A stretch of 50,877 nucleotides of DNA, filler included, from Bipalium vagum (GCA_037834085.1; 3 parts of 3 records of this genome joined end to end with filler, not necessarily neighbours in it); one strand, 5' to 3'. Positions 1 through 13,290 are shown, counted from the first letter of the whole stretch. Translations and numbers: made by a program. The notes: generated by a model from the letters alone, not told the origin.

Positions 1-32
<32 letters not shown>

Positions 33-154
33 GAGTCTTATTTAACGATAATAGTGATAAAAATTGAGAATTTATATAATAGAATTTGTATGTTCAAATA
101 AAAAATAAATAATTATAACATTTTTTAAAAAAATTATTCTTTATAAAATCTTAC

Positions 155-346
155 TATATATGATAATTTGTCAAAGACAGAATTAAAATCCGGTCTGTTT
201 TCTTTTAATAATTGCAATCCTTGGATAAAGTTAAGCCCTTTGCCAAACTCAAACTCATCAGAACCACCAGGACCTTTTGGTTTCCATCCGGGGACTTTAA
301 TGAGTGGGAATGATACGCCACCTGCTCTTATATCTGGACCATCATT
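155..346 (-). CDS. Internal coding exon, probably of the EF-hand (EFCAB6-like) gene; gene continues beyond the window
   Basis: cttttcttgttcAG acceptor and GTAAGA donor; 192 nt, phase 0/0, open (NDGPDIRAGG...FNSVFDKLSYI); phase-compatible with exon 5450-5639. Confidence 0.65.
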
Positions 347-1252
347 CTGAACAAGAAAAGTTACAAGAAAAGGATTAAAAAGAGAAATATTTTTGGAAAA
401 TTTGAGACACGTTGCCTTAGTTTTTAATTGTAAAAATAAATTATTCATGTTCGGTAGATTTTTCCATCTCGTTGGTTATTATACCTTATTAAAAAAATAA
501 GGTATATCTCTAGATCAATATTTATGAACTACTTAATTGCCCTTAGACTTTGAATCTATATTTACAGCCAACCTAGAAAACGTTCAAGTTGGTGCCTAGA
601 ATCAGTAAAAACATCCCAATGATTACTATCAGCAAGATGATGACGAATCCATTAACTGAATTTCTCAATATATACTATAGTAGTAAAAACAAACAAGTCA
701 CCGTTGCATTGTATGTATCCATACTGCATTTGGTTTATAAACTGTAGACATTTTTTTGATTTCCTAATATTTTAGATTGGAAAAATAGAGGACATTATGA
801 CAAATTTGAAACTTATTTGTCTAGTTTAACTAAACAGAACAATTGTTTTATTATGATAACACAACGACTAAAATCATTCAATGTGTGATGAAATACTACT
901 TGTTTAAGTAGTACGTAAAGTAGGTAAGGAAATACTAATTTGCTTTTTTGTCAACTTAATACAGCGCCCATTCGATTTAGTTATCTTCCATAAAAGAAGC
1001 TTTTCGGAATATTCATTTATTTTAATGACAAAATATTTGATATAATCAACAACAGAAATTTATTTCTATGTATATTTGTAATAAGATTTAATTAATATTA
1101 ATTATTGTGGTTTAAAAGTTGTTTTAATATTAAAATTTATAAAGCTATTTAGAATTTTGTATAAAATAATGTGAGAAAGTCATTTACAATCCTACAGAAG
1201 ATCGATATCATACAGGAAAATGAAAATGGGACAAAAATAAAATTCTATATTA

Positions 1253-1870
1253 CAGGGTGTCCCACAAGTCCCCGTGGAAAGTAAACTTAAATATCTTTCA
1301 TTAAATTCAGTAGATTGAAATTTCTATTTATATATTATAATCTATTTATATAAAATAGTATTAAAGTATGTAAGTCTAATTTTTTTTTAATATTTTAAAA
1401 ATAGATTTAGCAAATACCGCTTGATTTGAAGTTAATAATCAAAATTGTACTTTTAATGGCCACATTCAACTCAATTTGTGTTGTTAAACGGAAATTAAAT
1501 TCCAAATTTGGGAAAACCTCACCAAGTAAAAGTGATATAAGAGAGACTTTTCATCGTTTTTGTGAGATTGGGTCGGTGGAAGATCGTGAACGTTTTGGAA
1601 GACCAAGTCTGATCACTGAAAATGAGTGAAGTTATTGAAAGTGACCCACAATGCAGTGTTCGATCTGTTGCAACCACCTGCTTCATTTCGCGAAAAACAA
1701 CCCATAGAATTATGAGAGAAAAGTTATCATTGAAACCCTTTAAGGTCCATTTAAGAAGGAATTATACATGAAGAGGATTTGCAAGACAGAGTTCAGTAGT
1801 GCAAAACCGTGGTCCTAATGTTAGAAAATGTGGATATTCAGGAAAATATTTTCTTTTGGGATGAAGCAAC
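1253..1870 (+). mobile_element. 5' fragment of a Tc1/mariner-superfamily transposon, degenerate
   Basis: Begins TA|CAGGGTGTCCC; N-terminal HTH-like translation ...RFCEIGSVEDRERFGRPS..., then SVRSVA..ISRKTTHRIMREKLSLKPFK and first catalytic motif IFFWDEA; stops and frameshifts. Confidence 0.75.
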
Positions 1871-3095
1871 AATTACAGTGAAACAATTACAGTCATTGTT
1901 GTGCATCACTGTGACGAATATTTTGCCCAAAATAACAGGTTTCCCTCTAAATTTATTCACCTACGAACTAGATAAGAGTATTGGTAATAATTATTTTATT
2001 ACTCTAGAATTTCTTACACACAAAAGCATTCTATCAGATTGTAACAGTAAAATTTAGACATTTCAAATTTTTTTGAAAAAAGCTTGAATAAACAAAAATA
2101 TTTAGTATGTATATATATTATATATAATTTTTAGACTAGTGTGACCTACTGAAACAATCAATAATATTCATCAATAGTCTCATAATTTAATCATAAATGA
2201 CTGACAATAACAATCTGTCAAAAGAAAATATCCGCGTGCAAAAAATTCTAAATTTCACTGTTACAACCTGATATGATGAAAAGGAGCCCAGGTCACTCGT
2301 AAACAGACAAAAGCTATTCAGATTTGTGTTTAGATTAATGGAGCTGTTCGTCTTTCTTTGCCTCAATAAGGCAAACAAACTTACTTTCAAATTTAGTGTA
2401 TGAAAAATTTATTTATTAAATAGAAAAAAATTAACTTTCATAATTGAATTAAATAAAACCAAAATTTATAATGAAATATAAATATTGATTTTTTGAAAAA
2501 ATAGTTTTTACTTTATTTTTTTCAATTTAAATATTTTTAATGAAAAATATAGAAAATCGATAGAATAGTTTATTTATTTATTTATTCTTAAATAATTAAT
2601 AATGAAACGAATTGATTGTTAATACATTTTATAATTATATATTTTAATAACTTTATTTTCGATTGTTATAGAATAAAAAATTGAAAATAATTTTTTAAAA
2701 TTTATTTAGTTTTCTTTAAGAAATTTCTTCAAATTATTTTAGACAAATAAAATTATTAAATTATTAAAGAAAAATAATCACATATAAAATAAATAAGAAT
2801 AAAATAAAAAAAAATAAAGGAAAAGAAAATAAAAGGAAAATATTTTGATTTTATAGAGAATATTAATTTAACTGTTGAGTCTTATGTTTAAAAAAAAACG
2901 ACGATGAGTGGGTTGATGATCTCAGGTGGTTAGTCTCCTTCAGGTTACCAAAGTCAAAGAGGACAAATACTTTCATTTGATCGACTTTATTTCCTGAGTC
3001 TTTAAGTCATGGGGAAATATATATATTTAAAAGAAATGTTTTTAAAGATGTTTTTACTTGTATTTCAATGCATATTCTGAAAATATTCGTTTTAT

Positions 3096-3269
3096 TTATT
3101 TCTTCTTTCTTATATTTTCAATGAAATTAGTTTTTATCTTTCTGAACTCTGTACTTTCTGTACGGGAAAGTACACCGTGAAATGGTCTATAATGTTTTTG
3201 GTCAACAGTTTTTTGAATCATTGTTCCTTTCGTTGTATATTTTCTTATATTTAAAGACTTTTTTGTTTT
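3096..3269 (-). CDS. Tentative alternative terminal exon of the EF-hand gene
   Basis: TAG acceptor, 57 open codons in phase 0, then TAA overlapping AATAAA; no recognisable domain. Confidence 0.25.
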   Translation of the reverse strand, partial: KTKKSLNIRKYTTKGTMIQKTVDQKHYRPFHGVLSRTESTEFRKIKTNFIENIRKKK

Positions 3270-3372
3270 CTATATTAATGTCTGTCTTAACAGTTCTTTT
3301 GTGTGGAACAACAGTAAAGAGTCTAGCATAGAAAATTAAAAATAATCAAAGAAAAATTCCAAAATTATTAAT

Positions 3373-4549
3373 ATATAGGTTGCGTGAAAATTCTAGCTAA
3401 AAAATGAAAAAATGTGAAAATAAGTCAAAAACACCTTTATTAATCAATAAAATATTATTTTATTGTTTCTCCATTAATAAATTCTATATTTAAATTTCAT
3501 TTCCGAAGGATCTGTAAATTAATGTTCTACAGCTGCTAAAGGTTCTTTATTTGATTCGAAAAATCGTGCTGCAAATGAATTGTTTAGGGTTTCGTAAAAA
3601 AATTCGTTGGGAACCAAATCTGAAAAATGTAAAGGTTGTATAATCAATCTGTAATTTACTTTGTTCAGCTTTTCTACAGTTAATTATTTTTGTGATTTGG
3701 TGCGTTGTCTTGGTGACAAACGATTTATTCCTTCTTCAAAGCAGGTCTTTTTATAGGAATCATTTTAAATAATTGGGTTAGGATAACTATTTGAATTAAT
3801 TATTTTACCTATTCGAAAGTAATCGATAATTCAAATACCTTTTCACTTTAGAAAATAATTGCCATAACCTTTCCCACTGATCGTTCACTTTTGAGTTGGT
3901 TTGGAGCAGAATATCAAGTTTCTGTTCACTGCAATCGTTTCTGTTTTAACTTAGGATTGTTAATATGGATCCATATTTCATAAGGAGTTATAAAATGGTA
4001 CACGAAATCAATTTTTTTGTGCTTAAAACATTTCAAACATTCTTCAAGAATTCTTTTCGCACGTGCTTTGATGCTTTGAATGTAGTAATATTTTCCAAAA
4101 TTCTTTTTTTCTAATTCATTTTTCAAAATAATGTGTACACGTTCGTCGCAGATCCCCTTTGTATGGGGGATTCCACTAACAATATCATGGATTCCAATAA
4201 TAATTTTTGTTGTAGACACAATTTTGGGACGTTGCTGGGTAGATCATCCTCAATAGATTTACAACCACTTTTAAACACATCAGGCCAATTTTTCACTGTG
4301 GCATATGAAAGAGCCCATTCACCCAACACATTTAATATATCCGTATATATTTTTCCTCATTAATCCTCTTTTAAATGTCCTCAATAAATGATATGCTATT
4401 TACATTTTTTTAATTTAAGAAGTGTAAACAGGTGAAAATGCATTTAAAGAGATATTCGATCTATTCAATACATTTAAGATATACTATTTTAGTTAACATA
4501 ATTTTTCGGATAATCATAACATTAGTATGAAAGGCTTCACGCAACATAT
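3373..4549 (-). mobile_element. Degenerate full-length mariner element
   Basis: Terminal inverted match ATAxGTTGCGTGAA at ~3375-3388 and ~4536-4549; broken transposase (LSYATVKNW..FKSGCKSIEDD; FITPYEIWIH; DLVPNEFF). Confidence 0.8.
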
Positions 4550-5449
4550 TAATTTATGTATTTATTTATATAAGAAGATCTGAATGAAGAGACCGAAGAT
4601 CAAGATAGTAATTTTGTGTGTTCAAAAGGTTTTTTAAAAACGTATACTTAAAAAATAACAAATCATTGCTCATTAAATTAAAAAATATATAAATTGTCTT
4701 AATGCTTTTCCTTAGATGCTTCTTATGAGAAAGGTATCGGTTCAATTAATAAATCCTTCAATCTAAACTGTCAACATTATGTTCTGGAATTTGTTCTATT
4801 AGTTGATCATTTCTATTTGTATTCTTATAAATTCTTCAAATACAATTTTTTGAGACTTATTATTGTCCAAGTCTTTTAATTTGGAATCAAGGAAGGCTTG
4901 AAAATGGAAGTGATATCTTACGGTTATCAGAGACTTTTTCTCTTTGACTGATTGAGACTTATTGAAAGTATGCTTGGTTTTTATTTTGTTAATTTCGAGT
5001 TGTGACAAGAATCTATTTAGATTAAATATCAAGTGAATTTTGTTGTTTGACCTAGGAATAGAATTTTCCACTTTGCGAATAAGTACTACATATCATAACA
5101 AGGTGAAAAATAGACATTGAAGGGTTACAAGTGTATTCTAAGATACGAAATAATTTTTTTATTTCATAATCTGATAGAGATTAACCACATGGGATCATTC
5201 ACTCAATTGGAGTTCCTAACATAATTTTGAGAGTACGATAAATTTCGAGAGTCTTGAGATTTAGACAATTGCAATGTTTCAGAATTAAGTCAAAGATTTT
5301 TTTCACTGATTAATAGTTTTTTAAGGAAAAAATCAAAATAAAAGTCGGATTAGGGATATGCATTGACTTTCGACTGTTCCTTCGACAAGATAATTAGAAG
5401 ACTTGTCATCTCGATTGGTTATTATTATTAAAATAACAAGAAAAATAAC

Positions 5450-5639
5450 CTGTTTATTGATTTCATAACAGTTTATGTATTTTAGGGGAGGTTTGGTTCT
5501 GACAACTCTCTCAATCTTTGGTCTCTTTAGAGGAATAAAAGTGGACCTTATGCCACACATCGGTTTGCCATCATCTTGAAGATTTAAGAGACTGAGCAAT
5601 TTCGTATAAGGAATCGATCCGACACCCTTTTCGTCCAGT
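5450..5639 (-). CDS. Exon of EF-hand (EFCAB6-like) gene
   Basis: ttcAG acceptor, phase 2; joins upstream exon to give DEDFNRLWIKLDEKGVGSIPYTKLL (EF-hand-like); ends CAG|GTTATT in phase 0. Confidence 0.8.
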
Positions 5640-5779
5640 CTGAAATTTGAATTATTCAATGGACTCTGTCACTTAATTTTTTTCAATATACTTTTATTTT
5701 ACAATATTGAAAAAATTTTTAATCAGATTTTTGGTTTTCTTAGTAAAGTCAAAGTAAATGATTTAAAACATTTTCTATC

Positions 5780-6330
5780 AACAAGATGATTTCTCTTTTG
5801 ATCCAACACGTTCTGCCATGTAGAAGGTAATTTTAAAGCTTCATCTTTGTTGAACGTCTTGTCTTTATTTGCAAGGAACTAGGTCAAGAAAAGTGAGATC
5901 TAGCGATGTTATGGTGTTAAATTTTTGTTAGCTAATGTTAGCCTTTTCATTTAATTTCTTCAATTGATGTTGGTAAACTACAAAATTAATAGTGCGGTTT
6001 ACCGACAGTAGCAAAAGAAATTAATCACTTTCTATTAAAGAATTTACACCATACAGAAATCATCACTTTCTTTTCATGGATTTCGAAATTGAAAAATGCT
6101 TTGAGATAGCTTATATTTCCTGTTCCGTGATCCTTTTCGTCTGTGGTTACTACAGGTAATCTGATTTCCAATCATATGTTATAATCGTTTCAAAAACATC
6201 TAGTTTTTCTCCAGTTTCAATAACAAAAACTAGATTTCAACGCGATGAATAATATTCCTCTCTGTGAAAATGCGTTGAATGAATCAATCAAAATTTGTGA
6301 AATAATCAAGCTATCTTAAATGATGATGGA
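5780..6330 (-). mobile_element. Degenerate mariner catalytic-domain fragment
   Basis: Minus-strand remnants VVTTDEK, IHEKKVMISVW, YQHQLKKLNEK, HNIARSH; boundaries approximate. Confidence 0.6.
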
Positions 6331-6459
6331 CAATTGAAATAGGCAAAACTAATGTCTTTCCAATTTCGTAGGTTGTAAAATTTATCTTTCATTAAGCTAT
6401 TGATTTTTATTGGACTTCGGAAAAGTAAAAGATCTTAATGATTTAAATTTCTGGAACTA

Positions 6460-6922
6460 TTTATAGAAAGCCAATTTTTATTGCCAGCAGCTTGATCGTG
6501 TTTATGATGAACTTAAGCTGAAGTATCCTGTCCCCCTTTTTCGAAAGCAAGCATTGTTTCATTAGAGCAATGTCATGCCACACACTGCTCGGATAACTCA
6601 AGGAAAAATTGAAAACCTGGAAGGAGTTGAGATCTTGCCTCATACTGCATACAGTTCTGATGCTGCACCATCCAATTATTGGTTGTTTCAATCCATGCAA
6701 CACTTTCTCAAAGGACACCAATTTGAATCTGGAGCTAAAATTGAGGTGGCTTGTAAAGAGTTTATCTAATCAAAACAAAGAAATTGGTACTTTGACAAGA
6801 TAAGAATGGTAGCAGATCGGTGGTGTAAAATCATTGAAGCTGATGGACTTTATTTTGAAGAGCAGTTTTATTGCTGTAAATAAATATGTAAATTGAAGCA
6901 CAAATTGTGCATCACTCTAGTA
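6460..6922 (+). mobile_element. Mariner 3' fragment
   Basis: PHTARITQGKIENLEGVEILPHTAYSSDAAPSNYWLF matches mariner HPPYSPDLAPSDY; ends RWCKIIEADGLYFE. Confidence 0.8.
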
Positions 6923-7072
6923 AAAATATAATGAATAATGCATATTACATATTGATTATAAATCGAAAATTATGTTTTGTTATAATAAATTAAAAATATA
7001 TAATATATATTATAATGAATTAAAAATCATAATAAAATAATAAAAAATAATAATAATAATAGTTCAAATAAC

Positions 7073-7381
7073 TTGATCCACAATCTGTTAAAGTCTTCGT
7101 CACATAACGTAATTTTGATTCGTCTCAAAGCCTCTCGAAATTGCTGCATTAAAACGACTCCGCCTTCTTCGATACAATTTTTCGGAAGGATCACATTTAA
7201 ATCAAAGTCTTGATCCAGAGCTGCTTCTTTTAACAAATGCAATGCAAAAGCTGCCGATACATTATACAAATGTCCCATTCCATGGAAAATGACTGGGGCT
7301 TTTGATTTACTAGACGGCGAAGTTCCAAAGGCCTTTTCCACATCTGAGAAGGTAACCACGGTTCTCTTATTGAGCTTGTAT
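7073..7381 (-). CDS. Exon of EF-hand (EFCAB6-like) gene
   Basis: CAG acceptor, open 309 nt, phase 2/2: YKLNKRTVVTFSDVEKAF...QQFREALRRIKITLCDEDFNRLWI. Confidence 0.8.
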
Positions 7382-7434
7382 CTGATATTAACTGAGTGTT
7401 ACTTTTTACCTTTTACTTTCCCAATCAATTCTAC

Positions 7435-7509
7435 CTTTCCAGTAATTTATAAAAAGTATCAATTTTCAAATTTCCGCAAATGGTAAAGATTATCTTTTTG
7501 AAAGCATCC
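7435..7509 (-). CDS. Exon of EF-hand (EFCAB6-like) gene
   Basis: ttttatttcAG acceptor, 75 nt, phase 2/2, DAFKKIIFTICGNLKIDTFYKLLE; followed by a 53-nt GT-AG intron. Confidence 0.8.
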
Positions 7510-7722
7510 CTGAAATAAAATAATTTTCAATATGATAATTATTCCATCATTAAAACATTTCTTCTGAACTTAGGAAAATATTATTCAACTGTAAAGAGAA
7601 AACACTCTTTAAAGAATATTTATTGTTTATTTATATTTCAAACAATAGTTCTATATATTAAACTTAATTTCGCAATTTGTTTTTATAATCAATTTACTTA
7701 TTCATTATGATAAAAATTTAAG

Positions 7723-7893
7723 NNNNNNNNNNNNNNNNNNNNNNNNNNNNNNNNNNNNNNNNNNNNNNNNNNNNNNNNNNNNNNNNNNNNNNNNNNNNNN
7801 NNNNNNNNNNNNNNNNNNNNNNNNNNNNNNNNNNNNNNNNNNNNNNNNNNNNNNNNNNNNNNNNNNNNNNNNNNNNNNNNNNNNNNNNNNNNN
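7723..7893. other. Assembly gap (171 N)
   Basis: Run of N; exons on either side splice in frame, which supports this join. Confidence 0.98.
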
Positions 7894-8249
7894 ATTTTCT
7901 TGGAATTTATCCTTCAAATAGGATATTGATCTACCAATATTATCTTATATAATTTCCAAGCTTTAAAATGATATGTATGTGTGTTATTTATTTATTTATT
8001 TAAAATGATACAATTTTTTCAGTTCAGAAAATATCAGGTATTTCATATGCAATAACAATTGTAATATATAAGTTACGTGAAGAGTAATGAAACTAAAACC
8101 TATAGAACAGTATTCAATATACCACATTAAAAATTTTGTTTGAATCAATCACTGTTATTCTTTAGTACATGTTGAATTTGATTTATCATTTATTTTTTTT
8201 AATACAAAAAATTGAATATCGCAGTCATCTGTTCTGGAAGAATTAATTG

Positions 8250-9015
8250 TATCAGAAGTTTACAGGTAATAGTTAAAGTTTAAGAAAGATCTACTTTATT
8301 TACTACTGTCCGCCAATTGACTTTGAAGTTTAAAAGTTTTCAAACAAGTATTGAAGATGATGCACGCAAGGATGTCCTAAAAGTGCCTCAACAAAGGAAA
8401 TCATTAAACGAGTTCATGAAATTGTAAGATTCAATTGCTGAAACCTTGATCATCTCAGATAAACGAAATCTTCTTGTTTTAAAAAACTATTTGCATATAG
8501 AAAAAGTATTTTGAAAAGTGGTACTGTATTCTTTAAATATTCAACAAAACCTCTTTAGAAAGCAAATTTATGAAATCTTGGATTTTTTTAAAATATATAA
8601 AACGGATTTTTTGATTCGCTTCATAATTATGCAAGAAACTTAGATTTATTAGCGCGATCCTAAATTAAAACGATAACGTCTGGAGTGAATTAAAACTGGA
8701 TGTTCATTTCCAAAGCAGAAAAGCAAAGAAGGAACTGAAAAAAGCTGATAACATTATCTTGAGACGCCAAAGTTATTCTGTTGACATAATTACCTTGAAA
8801 ATGGAAATAAACAGTAACTCTTAAACAAGACAAATAGATCAGTTGGGTGCAGTAATAAACGAACATTTGCCTGGTTTAATGTAGAAAAAAGTCAATTTTG
8901 ATTAAGATAATGTACGTAAAAATCCAAGAATTTAATTATTATTTGCTTAAACATCACCTTATTCGCCAGATTAGATTTAGATCTAAGTGTCTTCTACATT
9001 TTTCAAATTCTAAAA
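8250..9015 (+). mobile_element. Highly degenerate mariner
   Basis: Remnants FQTSIEDDARK, EIIKRVHEIV, FIIMQET, HHLIRQ/DLSVFYIF in mariner order; boundaries approximate. Confidence 0.6.
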
Positions 9016-9054
9016 CTTTTCTCTATTAATTAAGCATTAATTATTAAATGAATA

Positions 9055-10034
9055 ACCTATGGCAGCCGTAGACTAGGAGACTATCCGCCGTGTTATCAAC
9101 AATTCCCAAGTCTTAAAATACCAAAAAATGATGGTGAAACCACCACTGAAAGTTGAACACAAATTGAAGAGTTTGCAATGGGCGAAGACTAAAGCAGCAT
9201 GGGGCGACGAATGGAAGCAGGTCATCTGGAGTGACGAAAAGAAATTTAATTTAGACGTCATTAATTTAATGTCATTCATATTATTGGCATGATTTGAGAA
9301 AAGAAAAAATGCAATTTTTCAAGACACTAGGGCGGAGGATCTATAATGATTTGAGCCTGTTTCAATGGCAGGTCGAGTCTGGCGACTGTTTCCGACAATC
9401 TAAATCAATGGGGTATCAGAGATTTCTGAAAGACAATCTACTATCTTTTATAAAAGATTTTGGCGGATTCAGCTCTGTCTTTCAGCAAGATAATTGCAGG
9501 TGCCATGTATCCCGTTCAACTATGGAATGGCTAAAAGGCAAAAATATTGAAGTTATGGACTAGCTGCCGTACTCACCGGATCTAAATCCCATAGAAAACT
9601 TATGGGAGTGCTGGTTCGGAAGGTATATGCTGGTAGAAAGCAATTCAATCCCATTGATGAGCTGTGATCGACAGTTATTGGCTGTTGTGAAGATATGGAT
9701 CAATACATCCTGGAAAATTTGGTAACTTCAATGCCAAATAGAATTTATAAGACTATTTATGTTCACGGCAGCTCAATAAACTATTAAAATCGTATTGGTA
9801 CATTTTTTTGAATAAAAATCGATTTTTTGGAAATTGCGTCAATTAATTTGTGTCGGTTTTTTCATGATATTTTTATTCTTTGCTTAATATAGTTGGTTAC
9901 ATTAAGAATTTTTCAATTATTTTTTTACATGTGCATTAAGACACTAATACCTACATTGTCTAAATATTTTGAAAATTTTGAAATCTTTGGACAGAAGATA
10001 ATGTAAGTGTGGCAATTAATTTGTGTCGCACTGT
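9055..10034 (+). mobile_element. Tc1/Tc3-like element, 5'-truncated
   Basis: WKQVIWSDEKKFNLD, FQQDNCRCH and PYSPDLNPIENLW motifs; ends ...GTCGCACTG|TA (CAGTG terminus plus TA). Confidence 0.88.
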
Positions 10035-10278
10035 ATAAAATATTCATAAAAATTTAATTGCTAAAATATAATTCGTAAATTTTTATTTATGAATTATCAA
10101 AAAATTATTAGTGATGATATTAAATTCTTCTCTAATAATAATAAATGTGAATATTGTCTTGAAAATATTTTAAAATTAATAAATTCAAAACTAATAATAA
10201 ATAAAAATATTAAGGAGAAATTTTAAAAGATGATATGATCAAGAAAGGTCTTCGATCACAAATGCAAATGTAACAAAC

Positions 10279-10376
10279 TTTGTAATGAATCCTTTATTGT
10301 GATGGTCCGAAGCATTAAACAGTTCTTGAATCGAATACCGTTCATTAATAAATTTATTCCGAATAATCAGATCAAC
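10279..10376 (-). CDS. Exon of EF-hand (EFCAB6-like) gene, first EF loop
   Basis: CAG acceptor, GTTTGT donor, 98 nt, phase 0/2: VDLIIRNKFINERYSIQELFNASDHHNKGFIT(K), joining DAFKKII. Confidence 0.8.
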
Positions 10377-10540
10377 CTGTCAGAAAAATGTTTAACTGTG
10401 TGGATTTATATTTTTATTATGAATTTAAAAATAAATTTAAGTTGGGGTTGTCCCGAAAATACTAATAATATTTAATGAATTGTTTCCAACCAAAAATATT
10501 TAATATAATATATAATAAATAATAATTATTATACATGTAT

Positions 10541-10582
10541 AATAATAATAATAATAATAAAATAATAATAATAATAATAATA
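10541..10582. repeat. (AAT)n microsatellite
   Basis: Near-perfect AAT run. Confidence 0.9.
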
Positions 10583-10720
10583 TCAAAATCAATAATGATA
10601 TTAATTTTATTTAAAATTTTAATTTTTTTAAATAGCTTTTTGTTTTAAAGGGGGAAGGTAAAAAAGAGAAAATTTCTCAAATTTTAATATTTTTTTCTAC
10701 CTCTGTCTCTTTATTGGAAA

Positions 10721-12002
10721 TATCAGGTAACAAACTAAGTTTTTTCTTTTTTTCAGTTTTTTTAATTTGTTATCCCCTGGAATTCTCATTTATCTACCGA
10801 TTTAAATTTTCTTTGTTTTAGTTTGCTACTTAAAAATTTGAGTTAATAATCATTATCCTCTAGAATAGGTGTTCCATAAGTTCGCTGACAAATCACAAAT
10901 TTGAGCAATTATTTATTACGAATGGAAAAATAACACAAGCACAAATGAAACTGTCTCTAAACTTAACGAAGTGCTTGGTGACGGAACAATGCAACTGCGA
11001 ACAGTGCAAAATTGGTTCAAAAAATTCAATAGTGGCGATTTTTATTGGAAGACAAAGAGAGGTCTGGAAGGCCAAAAGAGTTGGAGGATTATCAAATTAT
11101 GGACCTTCTTGAACAAAACAGATCCATTAATGCTAAACAAATCGCTGATGAGTTAAATATAAGCGATACAGTCATAAGAAACCGGCTGAAAGCGTTAGGA
11201 TTCACGTGTAAAATCGATAAAGGGGTTCCACCAACTACCTGAAAAAAAACAAGTTGAATGGAATTGAAATTTGTTCAAGACTACTCGAAGGAAAAGAATG
11301 AAAGTGGATCTATCATGACAACATAACCAGATGAAGATCGTGGTCTTTGAAAAGAGACCGCAAAAAATTGAAAAACAAAATTTTACATGAAACAAGGTTT
11401 ATTTATACATTTGGTGGGATTCTCGTGGAATTATTTATCAGGGGTTCCTCAAATCCGGGGAAACCATTAATTGTGACATGCTAAGAAGAGTTCATGAAAT
11501 TATGAAGAAAAACTGGAGCAGTTTAATAAACCGAAAACAAATGATTTTCACCAAAATAATGCCAAGCCTCACAAATCAATGAAGAAATTGAAGATTTTTC
11601 AGGAATTGAACTGGACTCTAATGGAACATCTTCCATATAGTCCCGATATCGCCCCATCCGATTTTTTTTCTTTGTTTGTTGTTTTTTTGTTGTTTTTTTT
11701 ATTTGTTCCGGGTAATACAGAATCATTTGATGGGTAAAAATTTTAAGAGCTCCAAGGGTATAAAGAATTAAATTCTTTCTTTCATTCAAAAGATCGAGAT
11801 TTCTTTAATACAATAAATCAATAATACAATAAGTCAAGATCAATAAACTTCTAAATAGATAAGAGACAATAATAGAAAATGATTGGGAATATCTGGATGA
11901 TTAACTGTTTAATAATGCTTTATGATTAATAAATTAAATTAAATTTCAGTCTTAGTTTAGTTTTTAATTAAAAAACGAAAAAACTTAGTTTGTTACCTGA
12001 TA
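10721..12002 (+). mobile_element. Full-length but inactivated mariner
   Basis: Perfect 26-nt inverted termini TATCAGGTAACAAACTAAGTTTTTTC; fragments RTVQNWFKKFNSGDF, EDKERSGRP, LYIWWDSRGII, HLPYSPDIAPSDF with frameshifts. Confidence 0.93.
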
Positions 12003-12379
12003 TATTTTCTACTATGTTTTCTCTAGTCTTCAATGCAGCTAGAAAATCTTATATTGAACCATGAAAATGTGAATAAGTTTTAATATGAAGATAAGCTTGC
12101 CTTTTAGAAAGATATAATAAGATGAAATAAATGAATAAGAGGTCTCATAGGTCCTCTCAATAAATAAATTCGATAAAATCTTGAATTAATAAAGTTTATT
12201 TCATAGAGTTTTGATTAATTAATTTTCATTGTAAAAAGTGTTGGTTTAAAGACAATAGAATTGTTGTGAAAATCTAAAAAAATTTTAACTGCATCAATTT
12301 TATCAAAACAATTTGAATCCATTTATTTCAGTAATTATGCAATAATTTATCAATGAAATTGTTTCATAACATGTAACTA

Positions 12380-12470
12380 GTGTGGATAGTATCCAAGAAC
12401 GCGCAAAAGTAGCGGCGTGGTATGGAGGAAAAGTGTTATAAATGTCCAACGAAGTTTTCAGTCAGAACTT
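12380..12470 (+). mobile_element. Short N-terminal Tc1/mariner transposase remnant
   Basis: IQERAKVAAWY..KSVINVQRSF resembles the HTH start of the element type at 1253. Confidence 0.4.
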
Positions 12471-13125
12471 CTACTAACTGGTTCTTTTGTTTTCCAGTCA
12501 AACATAATTAAGATGTGTTAAAATCAAGTTAGTACAGCCTTCACATTTACCACACTTATATTTGTTATTAATATAATATCATAAATAAATATTCCACTTT
12601 CCATATAAAAAAACATTGACATTTTTTCTGATTAAAAATATTTTTTAAAAAATTTAAATGAAATTTTTTTTGAAAAATTATCTTTTTAATAAAGTTTTCA
12701 TTTCGTGATAACTTTGATCACGGCATTCATTTATTTCGTGCAACAATAATGTTATATTCATACAAAAAGATCTTCCTATTAAAATAACTAATTCGTTTTG
12801 AATATTTAGCTCTGGAAAAAAGACATTTCATTTATTTAGTAACAACGATCTCCATGGAAAAGCTTTGAGTAGGTGAGTTATTCATTCAATTAATGTAAAA
12901 AATATATTTGAATTCAAGTTTCAAAAAAATGAATAATTTCAAAAAAGTTATGGTTTTACCCAAGGAAAAACTTGAAAAATAAGTTTGACACAGGGGGCTT
13001 GAATTAATAATAAAAAAGGAAAAAGAATATTTCAATAAATTTACTATTTCATGATGTTTAATATTATTGACTTATCAACTTTTGATTTGTAATGTAAAAC
13101 AGCAATACTACTTTTCTTTCAATGT

Positions 13126-13290
13126 ATTAGGTTGTCAAGAATGAAATGTCGTTTTTTTATCTAAATTTTCATATAATAAAATATAAACTCAAGGTTAGCA
13201 AAGTGTTTATTTGATGTTAATTTGGCAACAGGAATAGCAAATGGTTCGACTGACTCTCTTTGAACCCATCTTTACCAATATAGTTTTATT
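13126..13290. mobile_element. Mariner terminal fragment
   Basis: TATTAGGTTGTCAAGAATGAAATGTCGTTTTT resembles termini at 25781-25814 and 47343. Confidence 0.55.

Noticed and set aside
480-513. 11-bp hairpin followed by CTAG, like a Helitron 3' end
   Set aside because: Stem is AT-rich, CTAG is followed by A rather than T, and no 5' TC end or second copy was found
7705-7917. 70-aa ORF in the track
   Set aside because: Artefact of translating through N
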